NCBI GenBank assembly: GCA_021613535.1
Contig: CP075493.1
Location: 12,090,001 to 12,154,000, forward strand
Direction: 5' to 3'
Source of the DNA: Adineta vaga
Lineage: Eukaryota; Animalia; Rotifera
Length of the DNA: 64,000 bases
The translations under genes and the position numbers were made by a program. A model generated the notes under the pieces. The model was given only the letters and a program-made list of their open reading frames with translations. It made no database searches and was not told the origin of the DNA. Shown piece by piece: positions 52,201 through 62,953 of the stretch. How positions within the stretch are numbered: position 1 is the stretch's first letter; the number at the start of each line of letters is the position of its first letter.

Positions 52201-53841
52201 GGCTGAGAATGGAAGTTTATGAATGTTCGTTATAAAACTATTTAATTGAGGCTCGTCTTCTCCATCAATACATTCCTTCTTATCATTATTGACAAGAATA
52301 GGTGAAAGACATTTCTGTTCAGATGTACATTGAAAACGATATTTATCATTTAAGGCACACGATTTAGCGAAAAGTGACTCATCAAAACCATCATAACAAT
52401 CTTGAATTCCATTCATAATTCGACGTTGAGGTATACATTTGTTCGTTCCTAAACAACGTGCCATAGTCGAATCAATACAATTAGTCTCATTACCAGTTTG
52501 AAAGATATAATTACATGACCGAAATATTTCACGGACGTTTTCGATCGATGATAAATTCAGTTTATCAATAAGTAAACATGTATAATTATCGAATGTGAGC
52601 GTTGATTTGAACAGTGGGCAAAGATTTTTGTCATAACACACAAAGTGAGGCTTATCCGCATTAATTTTCATGGATGTTTGATTAGAAAAATAGCCAAATC
52701 TTACGTGACGATGCCAGATTGGAAAATTAGGTGCAATGAATGACGCAGGACATTGCCGAAGAGTTTGCATTTTACATTCTTCTGTGGTATCGCACAAGTT
52801 CTTACAATATTCATCAAAATTTCTTGATAACCATGAGTCTGTCGCACACATAAGAGTTTTAAAACAGTGAGAAAACTGTGCATCTGCAAGATTGTACCAA
52901 TCAAACAGATAACTATGCACTTGATTTCGATTATTTGTGCACGTGAAATGTCTTTGTGGTATACGCAGTGGAATGCAATTTCCATCTCCACAATTGAAGT
53001 CAGTTGTAAATGGACACGTGATATCTTCACATATAAAAGATGCATCTCTTGCACAATAATTCACTAAATGATATTGAATTTCATCCGATCCATCTAAGCA
53101 CTCACGACTAGCAACTTTAATATGTTCGTCCATAAGAAATGCTTCATCAATACACATACCATTTCGACATTGATATTCATTTTCTTCACATTGGTGTAAT
53201 TCAAGTTCGAGACAATATTTTTCGTCTTCACCACCATTAAGACAATCAACTTTTCCGTCACATATTTCACGCCAATCAAGACAGATCAGAGATAAATCAA
53301 CAGTACATTCTATGTGCATATAGCAGGTTACCGTCGTGTTTTCTTCGAATAAATTACGTTGGTCAATTCTCATTTGAATAAATGATGAAAAAGATTGATT
53401 TAAAACAAATCTATATTGGCAAATTGGTCCAAACCATGGTGGAGTACAATTGTAGAATGCACCGACTGATGAAGATTTGTTCATTTGCAAATACTCTTCA
53501 TAATGTTCAATAACATCAATAGGACTCGACCATTCCATGAGATTTGTAGACGTTATGTTTTTCTTCTTTAATTCGTCGAAAGCTAATATTGATGATATTG
53601 CTTTTTCATTCATATCTATTACTTGCTTTTCGGTTGTTCGAATACAGTATTCAACATTTTGTTCGATTTTATACGATTTGTCATCGGCATTGACATTCTT
53701 GGTTATTACTGAATAGAAACAATGATGATCGAAATCGTTCGTCATCGTATCTGTGTTATATAAATTATAGAAAGGTCGCCATATGTTTGAATTAGAAATA
53801 ATGAAGCTATTACTGATAATAAACAATAAGAAAGTATTCAT
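49231..53841 (-). CDS. LDLa/EGF-repeat rhodopsin-type GPCR, divergent paralog 3 (intronless, 1536 aa)
   Basis: Same architecture and anchor motifs as copies 1 and 2 (FYNCT.PWFG..CQY.F, CLDWREICDG, CQYQNQRVSLT, F.PVNR, GCG.YL, VAIDRF) but much lower identity. Confidence 0.92.
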   Translation of the reverse strand: MNTFLLFIISNSFIISNSNIWRPFYNLYNTDTMTNDFDHHCFYSVITKNVNADDKSYKIEQNVEYCIRTTEKQVIDMNEKAISSILAFDELKKKNITSTNLMEWSSPIDVIEHYEEYLQMNKSSSVGAFYNCTPPWFGPICQYRFVLNQSFSSFIQMRIDQRNLFEENTTVTCYMHIECTVDLSLICLDWREICDGKVDCLNGGEDEKYCLELELHQCEENEYQCRNGMCIDEAFLMDEHIKVASRECLDGSDEIQYHLVNYCARDASFICEDITCPFTTDFNCGDGNCIPLRIPQRHFTCTNNRNQVHSYLFDWYNLADAQFSHCFKTLMCATDSWLSRNFDEYCKNLCDTTEECKMQTLRQCPASFIAPNFPIWHRHVRFGYFSNQTSMKINADKPHFVCYDKNLCPLFKSTLTFDNYTCLLIDKLNLSSIENVREIFRSCNYIFQTGNETNCIDSTMARCLGTNKCIPQRRIMNGIQDCYDGFDESLFAKSCALNDKYRFQCTSEQKCLSPILVNNDKKECIDGEDEPQLNSFITNIHKLPFSAICDQEVNMLPVINDTDETHCELWPCVNQYTRCNGLWDCPKGIDEINCSSLIQCPANHHPCMLPKNRTLGCLHMNYIDDGIIDCLGSTDEQSYCRSLYSEDLLKYYRCWNDTKCVPFTRVCRDCHDFNDMNILCDISNDTVTHIIQYFLRKADRFMYRRKPFSHRSSRSFPLLQLPSLHLKQIHNGIIKTEKIFSIQHINDSRLWLCNKGFAILVGKHETEQCLCPENYYGHLCQYQNQRVSLTIRLHQEHLEKFNIIGMVIRLVDHTGFVNFYEQITYIPVIDCNTKYNIHLLYQNRPKDMTKNYTIYIDVYDKVNLLYLTSWIYPVKLLFMPVNRMSVQLIIPTKQDCRLLCSEKYLEPLVNSHMQSCRCSNRANSILTIEHKCNCSPRSICVGLKENRSICLCSLNDTGPRCYLKSICQMNSTCMNQGICIPYDSRHSSTKFTCVCPDGFFGEYCEKTDVRIDISFSDVEIPQSVLVYFINVVEHNIFSLETEPTQVTMFKKIPLKQKTITLYMSLSFHLVFVQIDHMYYLVVLQHNYTSSIIISTQITQSQRCPHIRELLDKVIIDKPLLYVVKYYHTICQKHSDLLCFHDSYTFMCLCTEDRQTNCFHFNYNTTYNCSGYNNCQNDARCFQDHPHCSTRIMCVCQGCFYGDKCQLTTQHFGLSLDSILGYHVYPHFTFTQQSLPVKISISLATLLVIIGLVSGILSNLTFQVRSTREIGCGLYLFTSSITSILIIIFLYTKVWLLILSQMQMITWRSILLFNCIPVEFILRVLLATTDWYHVFVAIDRFLVVFLGVHFDKTKSRQFAKRIIFIIPLMTALSILHDPIHRHLIDDIEEQRTWCLVKFTSTMETYNRFINIFHFIVPFSLNVILTIGIMIFNAKQRSSAKRQYTFEQQLKRQFSRHKHLILSSIILVILALPRLIISFVSNCMKSSKEYKIFLVSYFISFVPPVLHFFIFVLTSEMYRREFNAIIRRKWKAFRRCFV

Positions 53842-54320
53842 GATGATAATAAGAGATTTTTACTTGACAGTTATTTCAAACACTATTGAGTAAAGCGTAC
53901 ACGGATACCGAGCGTAATATGAAAGAAAAATATAAATTCATTCTTTTTTCTAGAATTTATCTGCATTATAATTTTACAGATCTAACAACAAATATATCAT
54001 CTGCTATTACATTTCTCTTTTTTTTACTACGTGATGTAGTAGCGTTTAATAGAGAAAAAAAGAAAAAAGAAAATTACGTTTTGCATTAAAAATTGATTAA
54101 CATATGGAAAAATTGGTACAGTAACGTATTCCAGCTTCATCTATTAACTTGTTAAAATTAACCTTCACAGTATAAAGTGTATTTGTCTAAATATTTAAAC
54201 CATTTACACTTTATCTGTGTTCGAGGATAAATTTCAAAAAGAACTGAGATAAACGATCAAATGAAAGTTTTCGCCATCAAGATTATCGAGTACGTTTCGC
54301 TGAGACCATACCTACATTTT

Positions 54321-54340
54321 CATACATACATACATACATA
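54321..54340 (+). repeat. (CATA)5 microsatellite
   Basis: catacatacatacatacata read directly. Confidence 0.8.
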
Positions 54341-54538
54341 CTAATTGGATAATTGTTTAATTGAACAAGAATGTTGCGAGCTAATTTATTTTTATGATGA
54401 TCTATCACTTTAGAAATGATAAACATGTTAACACATTGATGTGAACATCTGTTCTATCATATATAAAAGTATATACGTTTCGTTCATTTCTTTTCTCATA
54501 TCTACATCACCTTGTAAACACATTATTTTACAATTTAT

Positions 54539-55282
54539 ATGACTTCTCAGTGGTTCATATTATTATTTGTTTTATCGTTAATACAGTTTAGTATACCTAA
54601 TCCTATAAGTAAGTGAACTGATCTTGGAAGTGTAAAAATAAAGTGTTTTTTTTTCATAGATTCATGGAATCTTCAAGAAGAATATGACGTTCATGGAAGT
54701 TATTTTGCTGGTTTAGTCATAGAGAAACCTGATAGATGGTATATCATGAGTAATGAAGAGATACGTTCATTGTTTCCAACCATTGACAATTCAACGTGGT
54801 ATCATGATTCGATTTTGAATGAAAAATCCAATACAACATTTCCGAAAATCTTATTACCTCTTTTTGGTTTCAAAAAATATCTTGGAGAATTAAAAGATGA
54901 TGAAAATAATCCAAATATTATTGGTTTAGTAGTAAGCGTCGAAAACATACAATCAAATGGGATTTGTGATTCACAAAATCATAAGATAACAGTCTCTGAA
55001 AATAATACAGACGTCAATGTGAAATCTGAAACATCATGCTATCAAGCATCTATAAGTTCAGAATCCAGTAGTATATTGCAATTATCAATGACAATAAATC
55101 AAATAGGATTTATGGAACAATTTTATTCCGTTCCAAAATTGAATATGAAATATAAATACAGTTTTGCTGTAATTTATACCGACAACGTGAACAAAGAAGT
55201 AGTGAATAGTTGTTATTCAGATGGTCGAATATGGGAATATGTCATTTCATCATCACTTCCTTCAATCTTTGAAGAGGAATAG
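54539..55282 (+). CDS. Secreted protein of unknown function (intron ~54609-54659)
   Basis: Exon 1 MTSQWFILLFVLSLIQFSIPNPI (signal peptide) splices in frame via GTAAGT..CATAG to NSWNLQEEYDVHGSYFAG... and the 54746-55282 ORF. Confidence 0.7.
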
Positions 55283-55811
55283 CAGAGGATTGAACAAATG
55301 TTCAACGACGCAGGTTACTATCGAAAAAAGTTCCTTCGCGGCGGAAACGATTCTTTTCGAAGATCTTTGTTTCGATAACGATCAATGTCTATGCATTTCG
55401 TAAGAAATTCAAACAAATTCAACAAATATTTAGTCGTTACAACAGTATTATAAAAGTGTATGATGATCATTATTCTCTAATAAGAAACATTTAATTAAAT
55501 ACAAATTTTATTACTTTCAAGAAAGTATAAATTTATACAATTTCGTGTTGCATATATTAAACGATATGTGTGATACAATAAAAAATATCTAGTTCTTGAA
55601 TAAATTAACGGACTTATTTTATTATACCTAATCGAAGTTCCATAAACAGAATATCACTTGTACTCTCATTAAGGAGAAGTCAAGTAGTAATTTCGTTTTA
55701 CTTAATTATTTCTACTATATATATATATATATGAAGAAGATGCATAAAATATCGTTATAAATCAACGGAATAAAAACGAAACGTAAGGAAGTTAAATTTT
55801 GATTTGTAGAC

Positions 55812-56441
55812 ATGAAAATTATTGGCACTCCATTGGTCTTATTGGGTATTGTCTTATTATGTATTCAAATGATTGAAATAGAAGCCGGTAGTAAAAAAAC
55901 GAAATGTCAAGCTGGAGTAACCGGTGCTATTGCATGGGCAGCAGCAGCACCTTGTCTAGCAGCTGGTCCATTCGGAGCACTTTTTTGTGCGATAGCTGTT
56001 CCAATAGCCACATCATTTGCAACAGGAGCATGTGATGAAAAACGACGTAAACGAAGTGCGTAAGTATAAATAGATGAAAATTTCAAATTGAAATATAAAT
56101 ATTTGGTTTCAATGGTTATTTTTTTGTTTTTATTCAGTGGAAATAAAAGATGCTTCTATTCGAAGAAATTAAGACGATCCGTATGTATTACTCCTCAACT
56201 CATGTATAAACTAGGAGAAGCTGCATCTGAATCTTGTAATAATCAAAATCATGGTAAACAAAAATGTGTAGGAACTGAAGGATTTATCACTTGTGTCTAT
56301 GGTAATTCAATATTTAATCTTTTTGATTATTTCTTTTTTTGTTTCTATTATATAGATAAATGGACTGTAAAACAATTATGTGGAGCAGGAACAAAATGTA
56401 AAAAATATCCAACATCCGATCGACATGTTCTTTGTGGATGA
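55812..56441 (+). CDS. Secreted prepro-protein (165 aa): hydrophobic Gly/Ala-rich 4-Cys domain, KRRKR site, CBM19-like Cys-rich module; introns 56060-56137, 56302-56355
   Basis: Exons of 248+164+86 nt give 166 codons in frame. C-terminus CNNQNHGKQKCVGTEGFITCVYDKWTVKQLCGAGTKCKKYPTSDRHVLCG* fits the C..G...C....GF..C....W.....C..GT.C.......C pattern of fungal CBM19-like modules. Confidence 0.8.
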
Positions 56442-56581
56442 TTGAATCGATTGAATAACTAAAAAAGACAGTTGAAATCCTATATTTTATCATAGTTTTT
56501 TTCCTCATCATTTAATCAATAAAACTATCTGATTCTCTATCGTACATGCTGTTAGAAATGCATGTAGAACATTTCTTTTAG

Positions 56582-57304
56582 ATGATATTCGAACGAGGAT
56601 ATTTCTATTTGAAAATGTTCTTGATGTGGATTGAAATGTCCAAATCTTTCGATGGTTTTATTCCTAATATATATTATGTATGGAATCAATTTTGGTTTAT
56701 TCAAATCATTATTTGTATATGTTATTGTATAAAATTAAAAAGAATTCTTCCGACTACACTTTATTCAAAACATGTTGCTATTTTTCAATTTAATTTCGTT
56801 CTATTAACAAATGGCATTTTATATATTATAGAAATGATTTATACAAATAAATTTATACTTAGTTTCAATACATTTCTTCATCATTTCATTGCATTTTTCA
56901 TCTTTATTTTTACTTTATTTCAACAAGATATGATTTGTGTTTTGTATTTAATTCCTTATTTATTTCATTCATTATATTGGTATTTAGATAATTCATGTGA
57001 TTATCTATTATTTGCTTACAATGTATCTTTACCATTATCAACCATTTTTATTGTAGCATTCAGTTCTTTCAAGTCCAATCTAAGTCTTGAAATACCTTTT
57101 GTAACGATATGTTTATTTCAAATGAATACATTTACATATTTCTATAATGATGCATTGAATCTACGAGAAATTGAAACGTTTGAACTCATGAAAGCATTGA
57201 TATTATCTTTTATATTTACAACACCTTTTCATTTGTATTTATTGTATACTAAAAGAAGGAGAAGAAGAAAAAACGATTTTTTAAATAAATTTGCTACGAT
57301 CTAA
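56582..57304 (+). CDS. Multi-pass membrane protein, possibly TLC-domain-like
   Basis: Five or six hydrophobic segments, FLHHFIAF motif, basic C-terminal tail. True start may be 56616 or 56636. Confidence 0.55.
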   Translation: MIFERGYFYLKMFLMWIEMSKSFDGFIPNIYYVWNQFWFIQIIICICYCIKLKRILPTTLYSKHVAIFQFNFVLLTNGILYIIEMIYTNKFILSFNTFLHHFIAFFIFIFTLFQQDMICVLYLIPYLFHSLYWYLDNSCDYLLFAYNVSLPLSTIFIVAFSSFKSNLSLEIPFVTICLFQMNTFTYFYNDALNLREIETFELMKALILSFIFTTPFHLYLLYTKRRRRRKNDFLNKFATI

Positions 57305-57589
57305 CAGTTTTATCTATACTACATCTTCACTATTGCATCTTGATATTATTCTTATTACCTTGAAAAGTATGAAATATTAACCTGTATATAAATACACCTG
57401 TTTGTACGAAATTTCAGGAGACAAGATTTTTTGATTATGAAAATCATTCTGCATTGGGAATACAACTGTATAAGGATAAAAAATTTGGTAATTGCTATAC
57501 TTTTGGTGGGATTCATTCTTTTTTTCATTCTATTATCATCAATCATAATCTTAATAAATCAAAGCACTTTTTTTAAACTATTTGTAGTT

Positions 57590-59317
57590 TTATTGCAAAT
57601 AACATTTTTGTTCTAAATCGATATCAAATTTTTGAATTCGATGATTACAACTATCTACAACATAAAGATTTCCTCTTGTATCAAATGATAAACCAATAGG
57701 TTCATTGAATTCATTTATCTTTTCTCCTTTTCCATTTCCGCCGAGAACAATTTCACCTTCCAATTTTTCTTCACGCCAACGCATTATTCGATGATTACCA
57801 CAATCTGCAACATAAATTTGACCCCACGAATCAATCATCAATCCTGTAGGATAGGAAAGTTGATTAAGATTTTCACCCCGACCATTTCCACCAGCTACAA
57901 TAACACCTTCTTTTGCACCTTTTCTCCATTTCATTACACGATGATTTCGATTATCTGATACATAAACAGATTGTTCATTGTCAACTGCTAAATACGTTGG
58001 ACGATTCAATTGATCAAGTTCAATTCCACATCCATTTCCACCAGCGACTAATATTCCTTCTTTTCCTTCTTCACCTTGTTTCCATCGTCTTACTTCATTC
58101 TTCTCCCAATCAGAAACATAAATATATCCATATTTATCTATTGTCACTCCACAACAATGAATATTCTGTAAAAGTACCTCTGGATTTTTATTTAACGACC
58201 ATCGAATCACTCGATTGTTTCCCCAATCAGTAACGATCATCGAATGATTCTGCTGATCGATAATCGCATCCGATGGATGACTCAATTGATCTATTCGATT
58301 TCCTTGTCCATTTCCACCTGCAATTATCTTTCCTTTCTTAGTGGTAAACTTCCATTGAATTATACGATGATTTCCCCAATCAACAATATACATAGTCTTA
58401 TTTTCCTCTATAATCAATTTTTGAGGACGATAAAATTGATTTAATTGATCTCCTCGACCATTTCCTCCAGCAACTGTCAGTCCATTTTCTTTCCATCGAC
58501 TAAATTTTGTATCTAAACAACGACTTTCAAATATCTTCTCTATCGACAAAAACGAATTACCTAGTAATGTATTTTCTATTGAATGAACTTTTGTTTTCAA
58601 TGTTAAACCATGATCTGCAGGTGAAGTCAATGTTTCATATGGTGGTATTTGTTCTTTTAATTGAATCATATATAATCCTCGTGCTGCTTTCCATTTACTT
58701 CGTACTTGAAAATAAGTTCCAGGAAGAAGAATTATTTCATTTTCATCTTTAAAATATGAATGTAATTGTATAGATTTACCATTCAAACAGTCAATACTAA
58801 ATATCGTTCGATCACCATTCGAACCAACAAATTTTTCCATGACATTCATTCTTTCTGTACAAGAACTTATTCCCCACCAGAAAGCATCTTTATCATATTC
58901 ATGTCTTAATTTTCCACGAATGCCACGCCAAATAGTTCCTTTAATCGATGGAAGTTTATATAATGCAGTAAAAAATAACTTGAAATAAAGAAACCATTCT
59001 ATCAATGTATTTCGATCTTGAGAACGAAGTCTTTCATTAAGTATTGTATATAAACTTGAATATGGTTTTGGCCATTGCATTGTATATAAATGAATCGAAG
59101 CAGATTCATCTTGCGTTAAACCATCTGTAGGATTATGACAATTTCTTTTTGCTATTTCAATCATTGTGTCACAATTGTAAAGTAAGGATTTAATCGGTTC
59201 GATTGCTTCTTTTAATGAAACGAGTGGATAGTTTTCATAGCCACTAATAGGTGTTAATGTTTGATAGGGTTCTTCACCAGCATCAAGAAAACGTTCAGGA
59301 ATAATTCTTTCAGTCAT
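57590..59317 (-). CDS. Arginine-specific-type mono-ADP-ribosyltransferase domain fused to NHL-repeat propeller (intronless, 575 aa)
   Basis: PISGYE..PLVSL.EA, LTQDESASIHLYT, R-S-E signature IWRG / WWGISSCT / YFKDENEIILLPGT, followed by six NHL repeats (VAGGNG.G..LNQ, YVSDNRNHRVMKW). Confidence 0.9.
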   Translation of the reverse strand: MTERIIPERFLDAGEEPYQTLTPISGYENYPLVSLKEAIEPIKSLLYNCDTMIEIAKRNCHNPTDGLTQDESASIHLYTMQWPKPYSSLYTILNERLRSQDRNTLIEWFLYFKLFFTALYKLPSIKGTIWRGIRGKLRHEYDKDAFWWGISSCTERMNVMEKFVGSNGDRTIFSIDCLNGKSIQLHSYFKDENEIILLPGTYFQVRSKWKAARGLYMIQLKEQIPPYETLTSPADHGLTLKTKVHSIENTLLGNSFLSIEKIFESRCLDTKFSRWKENGLTVAGGNGRGDQLNQFYRPQKLIIEENKTMYIVDWGNHRIIQWKFTTKKGKIIAGGNGQGNRIDQLSHPSDAIIDQQNHSMIVTDWGNNRVIRWSLNKNPEVLLQNIHCCGVTIDKYGYIYVSDWEKNEVRRWKQGEEGKEGILVAGGNGCGIELDQLNRPTYLAVDNEQSVYVSDNRNHRVMKWRKGAKEGVIVAGGNGRGENLNQLSYPTGLMIDSWGQIYVADCGNHRIMRWREEKLEGEIVLGGNGKGEKINEFNEPIGLSFDTRGNLYVVDSCNHRIQKFDIDLEQKCYLQ

Positions 59318-60161
59318 AGATTTCGAAAAAAAAAGGAAGAATATAGTTGACGAAGATCTGTGTTTTTAGTTAAAATGATAAAACTTCTGTTATATTCATT
59401 TTTATAAGATATCGTTATCTATAAGAAAAAGAGTGATTCAGTCATTTAAAAACTTCTGTTGCATGATAAAAATACTCAGAATGTTCTTTTTGTGTCAGTA
59501 AAAATCAAACTAATATGATATGGTAGAATTGATATTAAAAAAAAACAGAAAACAATGTATCTTATCAAAGATGTGGAAAATGAATATATTCAAATTTTTC
59601 TCCACTAATTGATTTTATAATCAAGTAATAACTATTCATTCTTTTATTTCATCAGTTGTCATATTATTCAACATTGAATATAACATCAAATTTGATTGAG
59701 GAGTTCCGTTATGCGTAGTTTTTTCTCATCAATGGGCTCTTATTGAGTAAAAATAGCTATTTGTTCTCTAGAAGTGCGAAGAAATGAGTTAAATTTAACA
59801 TTTTGCTTATTAAAAAAAGAAATTCTCCGAACCTCTTCGCAGTCTGTACGTTTCTTTAAGATTTTTAATCTTTAGTGTAATTCACTTATAAAGAGAATAA
59901 AAAGCCTTTCAGAAGCGTCTCGCATAAACATAATTTTCTCTCTCGATAATGACAACGTATGATATAATATGTTTTAAAACTTTTACTTATCTTCTTAATG
60001 TCTTCTGTCTGCTGTAATGTGTAGATAAAGTAAATACTTTTACAGAACTTCCAGAAGATTATCTTCTAGAAACTTTTCTGATTTGCTTCACTGTTTCACA
60101 CAAAGTTTCAGAGTTCTTTTTGTTAAACTTTCAATTGTTAAAATAATCAATAAACTTATAG

Positions 60162-61299
60162 ATGAATTATACTCTATCAACAACAACCATTGATCCAGCT
60201 GTTTCTGATTTGAATACTGCTCGTATGGGAATACAACGCTTCGGTCAACCCATCCTTTTAACACTTGGTATGATTGGATGTATATTGAATATAGCAATTT
60301 TTCTTCGTCCAACAATGCGTACAAATTCTTGTGCTATCTATTTTCATGCAAGTTCATGGGCAAATTTATTTTGTTTAACCTGGGGTTTATTTATTAGTAT
60401 GCTTGCTTTTTTTATGAATAATAATCCTTTGACATACAATTCGGCATATTGTAAAATTCGTTATTATATTCTGACTGGTTCTCAACTAGCAAGTCGGGCA
60501 TGTGTAGTTCTAGCATGTCTCGATCGATTTCTTTTGTGCTCACAATCGATTCAACAACGATCATTTTGTCGAGCAAATGTAGCATTCAAAGTTATGTTAA
60601 TAACTGTTGCTGGTTGTGCTTGTCTATCGACTTATGTATTGGTAGTCTACGATGCATTTCCTCAAGCTCGACAATGTACAACTTCGTCAGCAGCAGGAAA
60701 AATAATTGATACAACAGTCTTATTTTTATTCAATTTTGGAACTCCAGCTGTATTAATGAGTACATTAACTGGTTTGATTATCTGGCGATTGAAACAAAAC
60801 GGAAAACGAATTGGTGGTAGAAAAGTAAGTATATTCTCAGAAATAGTAAATAATATATTTTGTTTTTTATATTTAATTTAGATTCATGTACGTCATAGAG
60901 ATTTACAGCTCGCAGCTATGCTTATAGGACAAGTAGTTTTATATATTGTAACAGCACTTCCATTTGTAAGCACGTTTATCTACATGACAATAACACAATA
61001 TGATCCACCAGCAAGTAAATCGGCATATCGTAATGCGGCAGAAAGTTTAGCTTTAACAGCCACAGGAAGTTTTGGTACATTTATATTTAATGCAGTAAGA
61101 ATTACAATTGTATATAAATTTGTATTTTATAATATGTGTATTTTAGTTGACTTTTTATGTCTACACATTGACAGCACCAAGTTTTCGTCGAGAATTATTT
61201 GCATTAATCATTCCAAAACGATGGATCAATCAAATGCATTTAAGAGAACAAACTCAAATAACTCGAACAAATCGAATTCGTCCATCGCTTCGCGATTAA
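60162..61299 (+). CDS. Class A GPCR, 3 exons (introns ~60825-60881, ~61095-61146)
   Basis: GMIGCILNIAIF, NSCAIYF, YCKIRYY, LACLDRF, RDLQLAAMLIGQV, spliced TM7 NALTFYVYTLTAPSFRREL; stop at 61297-61299. Confidence 0.88.
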
Positions 61300-61577
61300 A
61301 ATAAAATGAATTGACTCATCATCCTTTTATATTATTAATCACGCGTACTAACTGTAATATTTTGAAAAAGAATCATGCTTACCAAAATAAATCCGAATCG
61401 TTCATGTCGATCTTTTCATTAATTCAATCTAAAAAATAATTCTTTGTAAGATTTGTATAACAAGAAGGTATGATTGTCGATAATAACTCTTAACTATTCA
61501 TAAGCACACCATCAATTCAATTGAATTTCTCATTTCTTTATTCCTTTCAAATATTTAACCTATATCGCATAATATCC

Positions 61578-62555
61578 ATGAGTCTTTTACCATCAACATC
61601 AAATTTTAGTGATGATTCGGAAGAATATATTTTTTCTTCAAAAATTCAACTAATCGAAATAATTACTGGGAAAATTAGTTATGGTATTTATGCATTTGCA
61701 GTAATATTTAGTTTGATACAAACATTTTGGAAAAATAGAACTATTGATCGCCTTTTAAGTACTATAACCGAAGCATATTCCGATCGTAAATTGGAGTCAC
61801 ATCAAGTTTATCTAAGTCAACAGATTATCACTTGTTATCGATACGATCAACGTTTCTCTTATATTCCACATCCAAATCGAGCAATGGTATTTATCTTTGC
61901 TGTTCATGTACAAATCCTTATGATGATTGCAATCAGAACTTTATTTAGTCGACAGACTATACTCGTAAAGGATTGTACATCACTCAAATTTCCATTGGAA
62001 ATGCTTCAATGTGAAAATGATCAATTGCCATGTCCATCAAATGCAACAGAAAATGTTGTTAAATGTGTCTATTATTCATTTCAAATGACAAATCTAATTA
62101 CTATGAGTACATCGGTAATCACTTGGCATAATGCTCTTCGTTATTCTGTTATTAAATTGATTCGTTTCATTCGATGGATCTTATTTCATGGTAATGATCA
62201 ACCAAGAAATTTGTGTAGTTGTTTTTTTCCAGCTACATCACGTCGTTTACGTTGTATTATGTATGTTAATTATATTATATTGTGGATCTATCTTCTAGCC
62301 ACAGCTATACTTGGTCTTGGCTGGAATAAAACACTTTATCGTATAACAGTTGATGAATTTGGTTCTATTTGGACACCGTTCGTCCTAGCAGCAGATCGAA
62401 TATATACACTCAATATGGCTTTAATACCTGAATTATTACAAAATTCGTTAGATACAATAAAACATGGTGATGAATTACTTCTTGTGGATGTTGAAACTCT
62501 TATTCATCTGACTTCTAAGAAAACAAAACGTCTACTAACAACTCCCGATAACTAA
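61578..62555 (+). CDS. Uncharacterised multi-pass membrane protein
   Basis: Long intronless ORF with four or five hydrophobic segments and a Cys-containing loop (DCTS..CEN..PCP..KCVYY). First plausible ATG at 61578. Confidence 0.65.
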   Translation: MSLLPSTSNFSDDSEEYIFSSKIQLIEIITGKISYGIYAFAVIFSLIQTFWKNRTIDRLLSTITEAYSDRKLESHQVYLSQQIITCYRYDQRFSYIPHPNRAMVFIFAVHVQILMMIAIRTLFSRQTILVKDCTSLKFPLEMLQCENDQLPCPSNATENVVKCVYYSFQMTNLITMSTSVITWHNALRYSVIKLIRFIRWILFHGNDQPRNLCSCFFPATSRRLRCIMYVNYIILWIYLLATAILGLGWNKTLYRITVDEFGSIWTPFVLAADRIYTLNMALIPELLQNSLDTIKHGDELLLVDVETLIHLTSKKTKRLLTTPDN

Positions 62556-62953
62556 TCTAAAAATTTTATAGACGATTCTTTACTTTCTATATAATATTGC
62601 ATTACTTATTGAAGAAAACATAAGAAAATTGCATTGGATTAAATCTAATAAATATTTAAACACACTTCAGCTCTAACTCATTTTTTTTTCATCAAGAAAT
62701 TTGCAATTCTATTCTTTTTCGATAACAAAGAGTAACACAAACATCTTTGTCGATATTCATGATAATTATGCAATTAAATAACATTACAGCTCTCTTATTG
62801 TCTTCTATTACGAAATTGTTTTCTCTTTCTTCCTTGCTTTCTCTATTTCTATAGAAAAGTTTCGCAATTACAATTCGTTGTGAAATTACAACGTGAAATA
62901 AAATCTCCTTCATCTTTCTGATTGTATCATTATGTTGCTTGATCATCACGAGT

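Noticed and set aside
55783-55811. AG acceptors immediately before ATGs (also 5680, 44030, 60161) as spliced-leader trans-splice sites
   Set aside because: Cannot be told apart from ordinary 5'UTR cis-introns or chance without transcript data; at least 44030 has a plausible cis donor.
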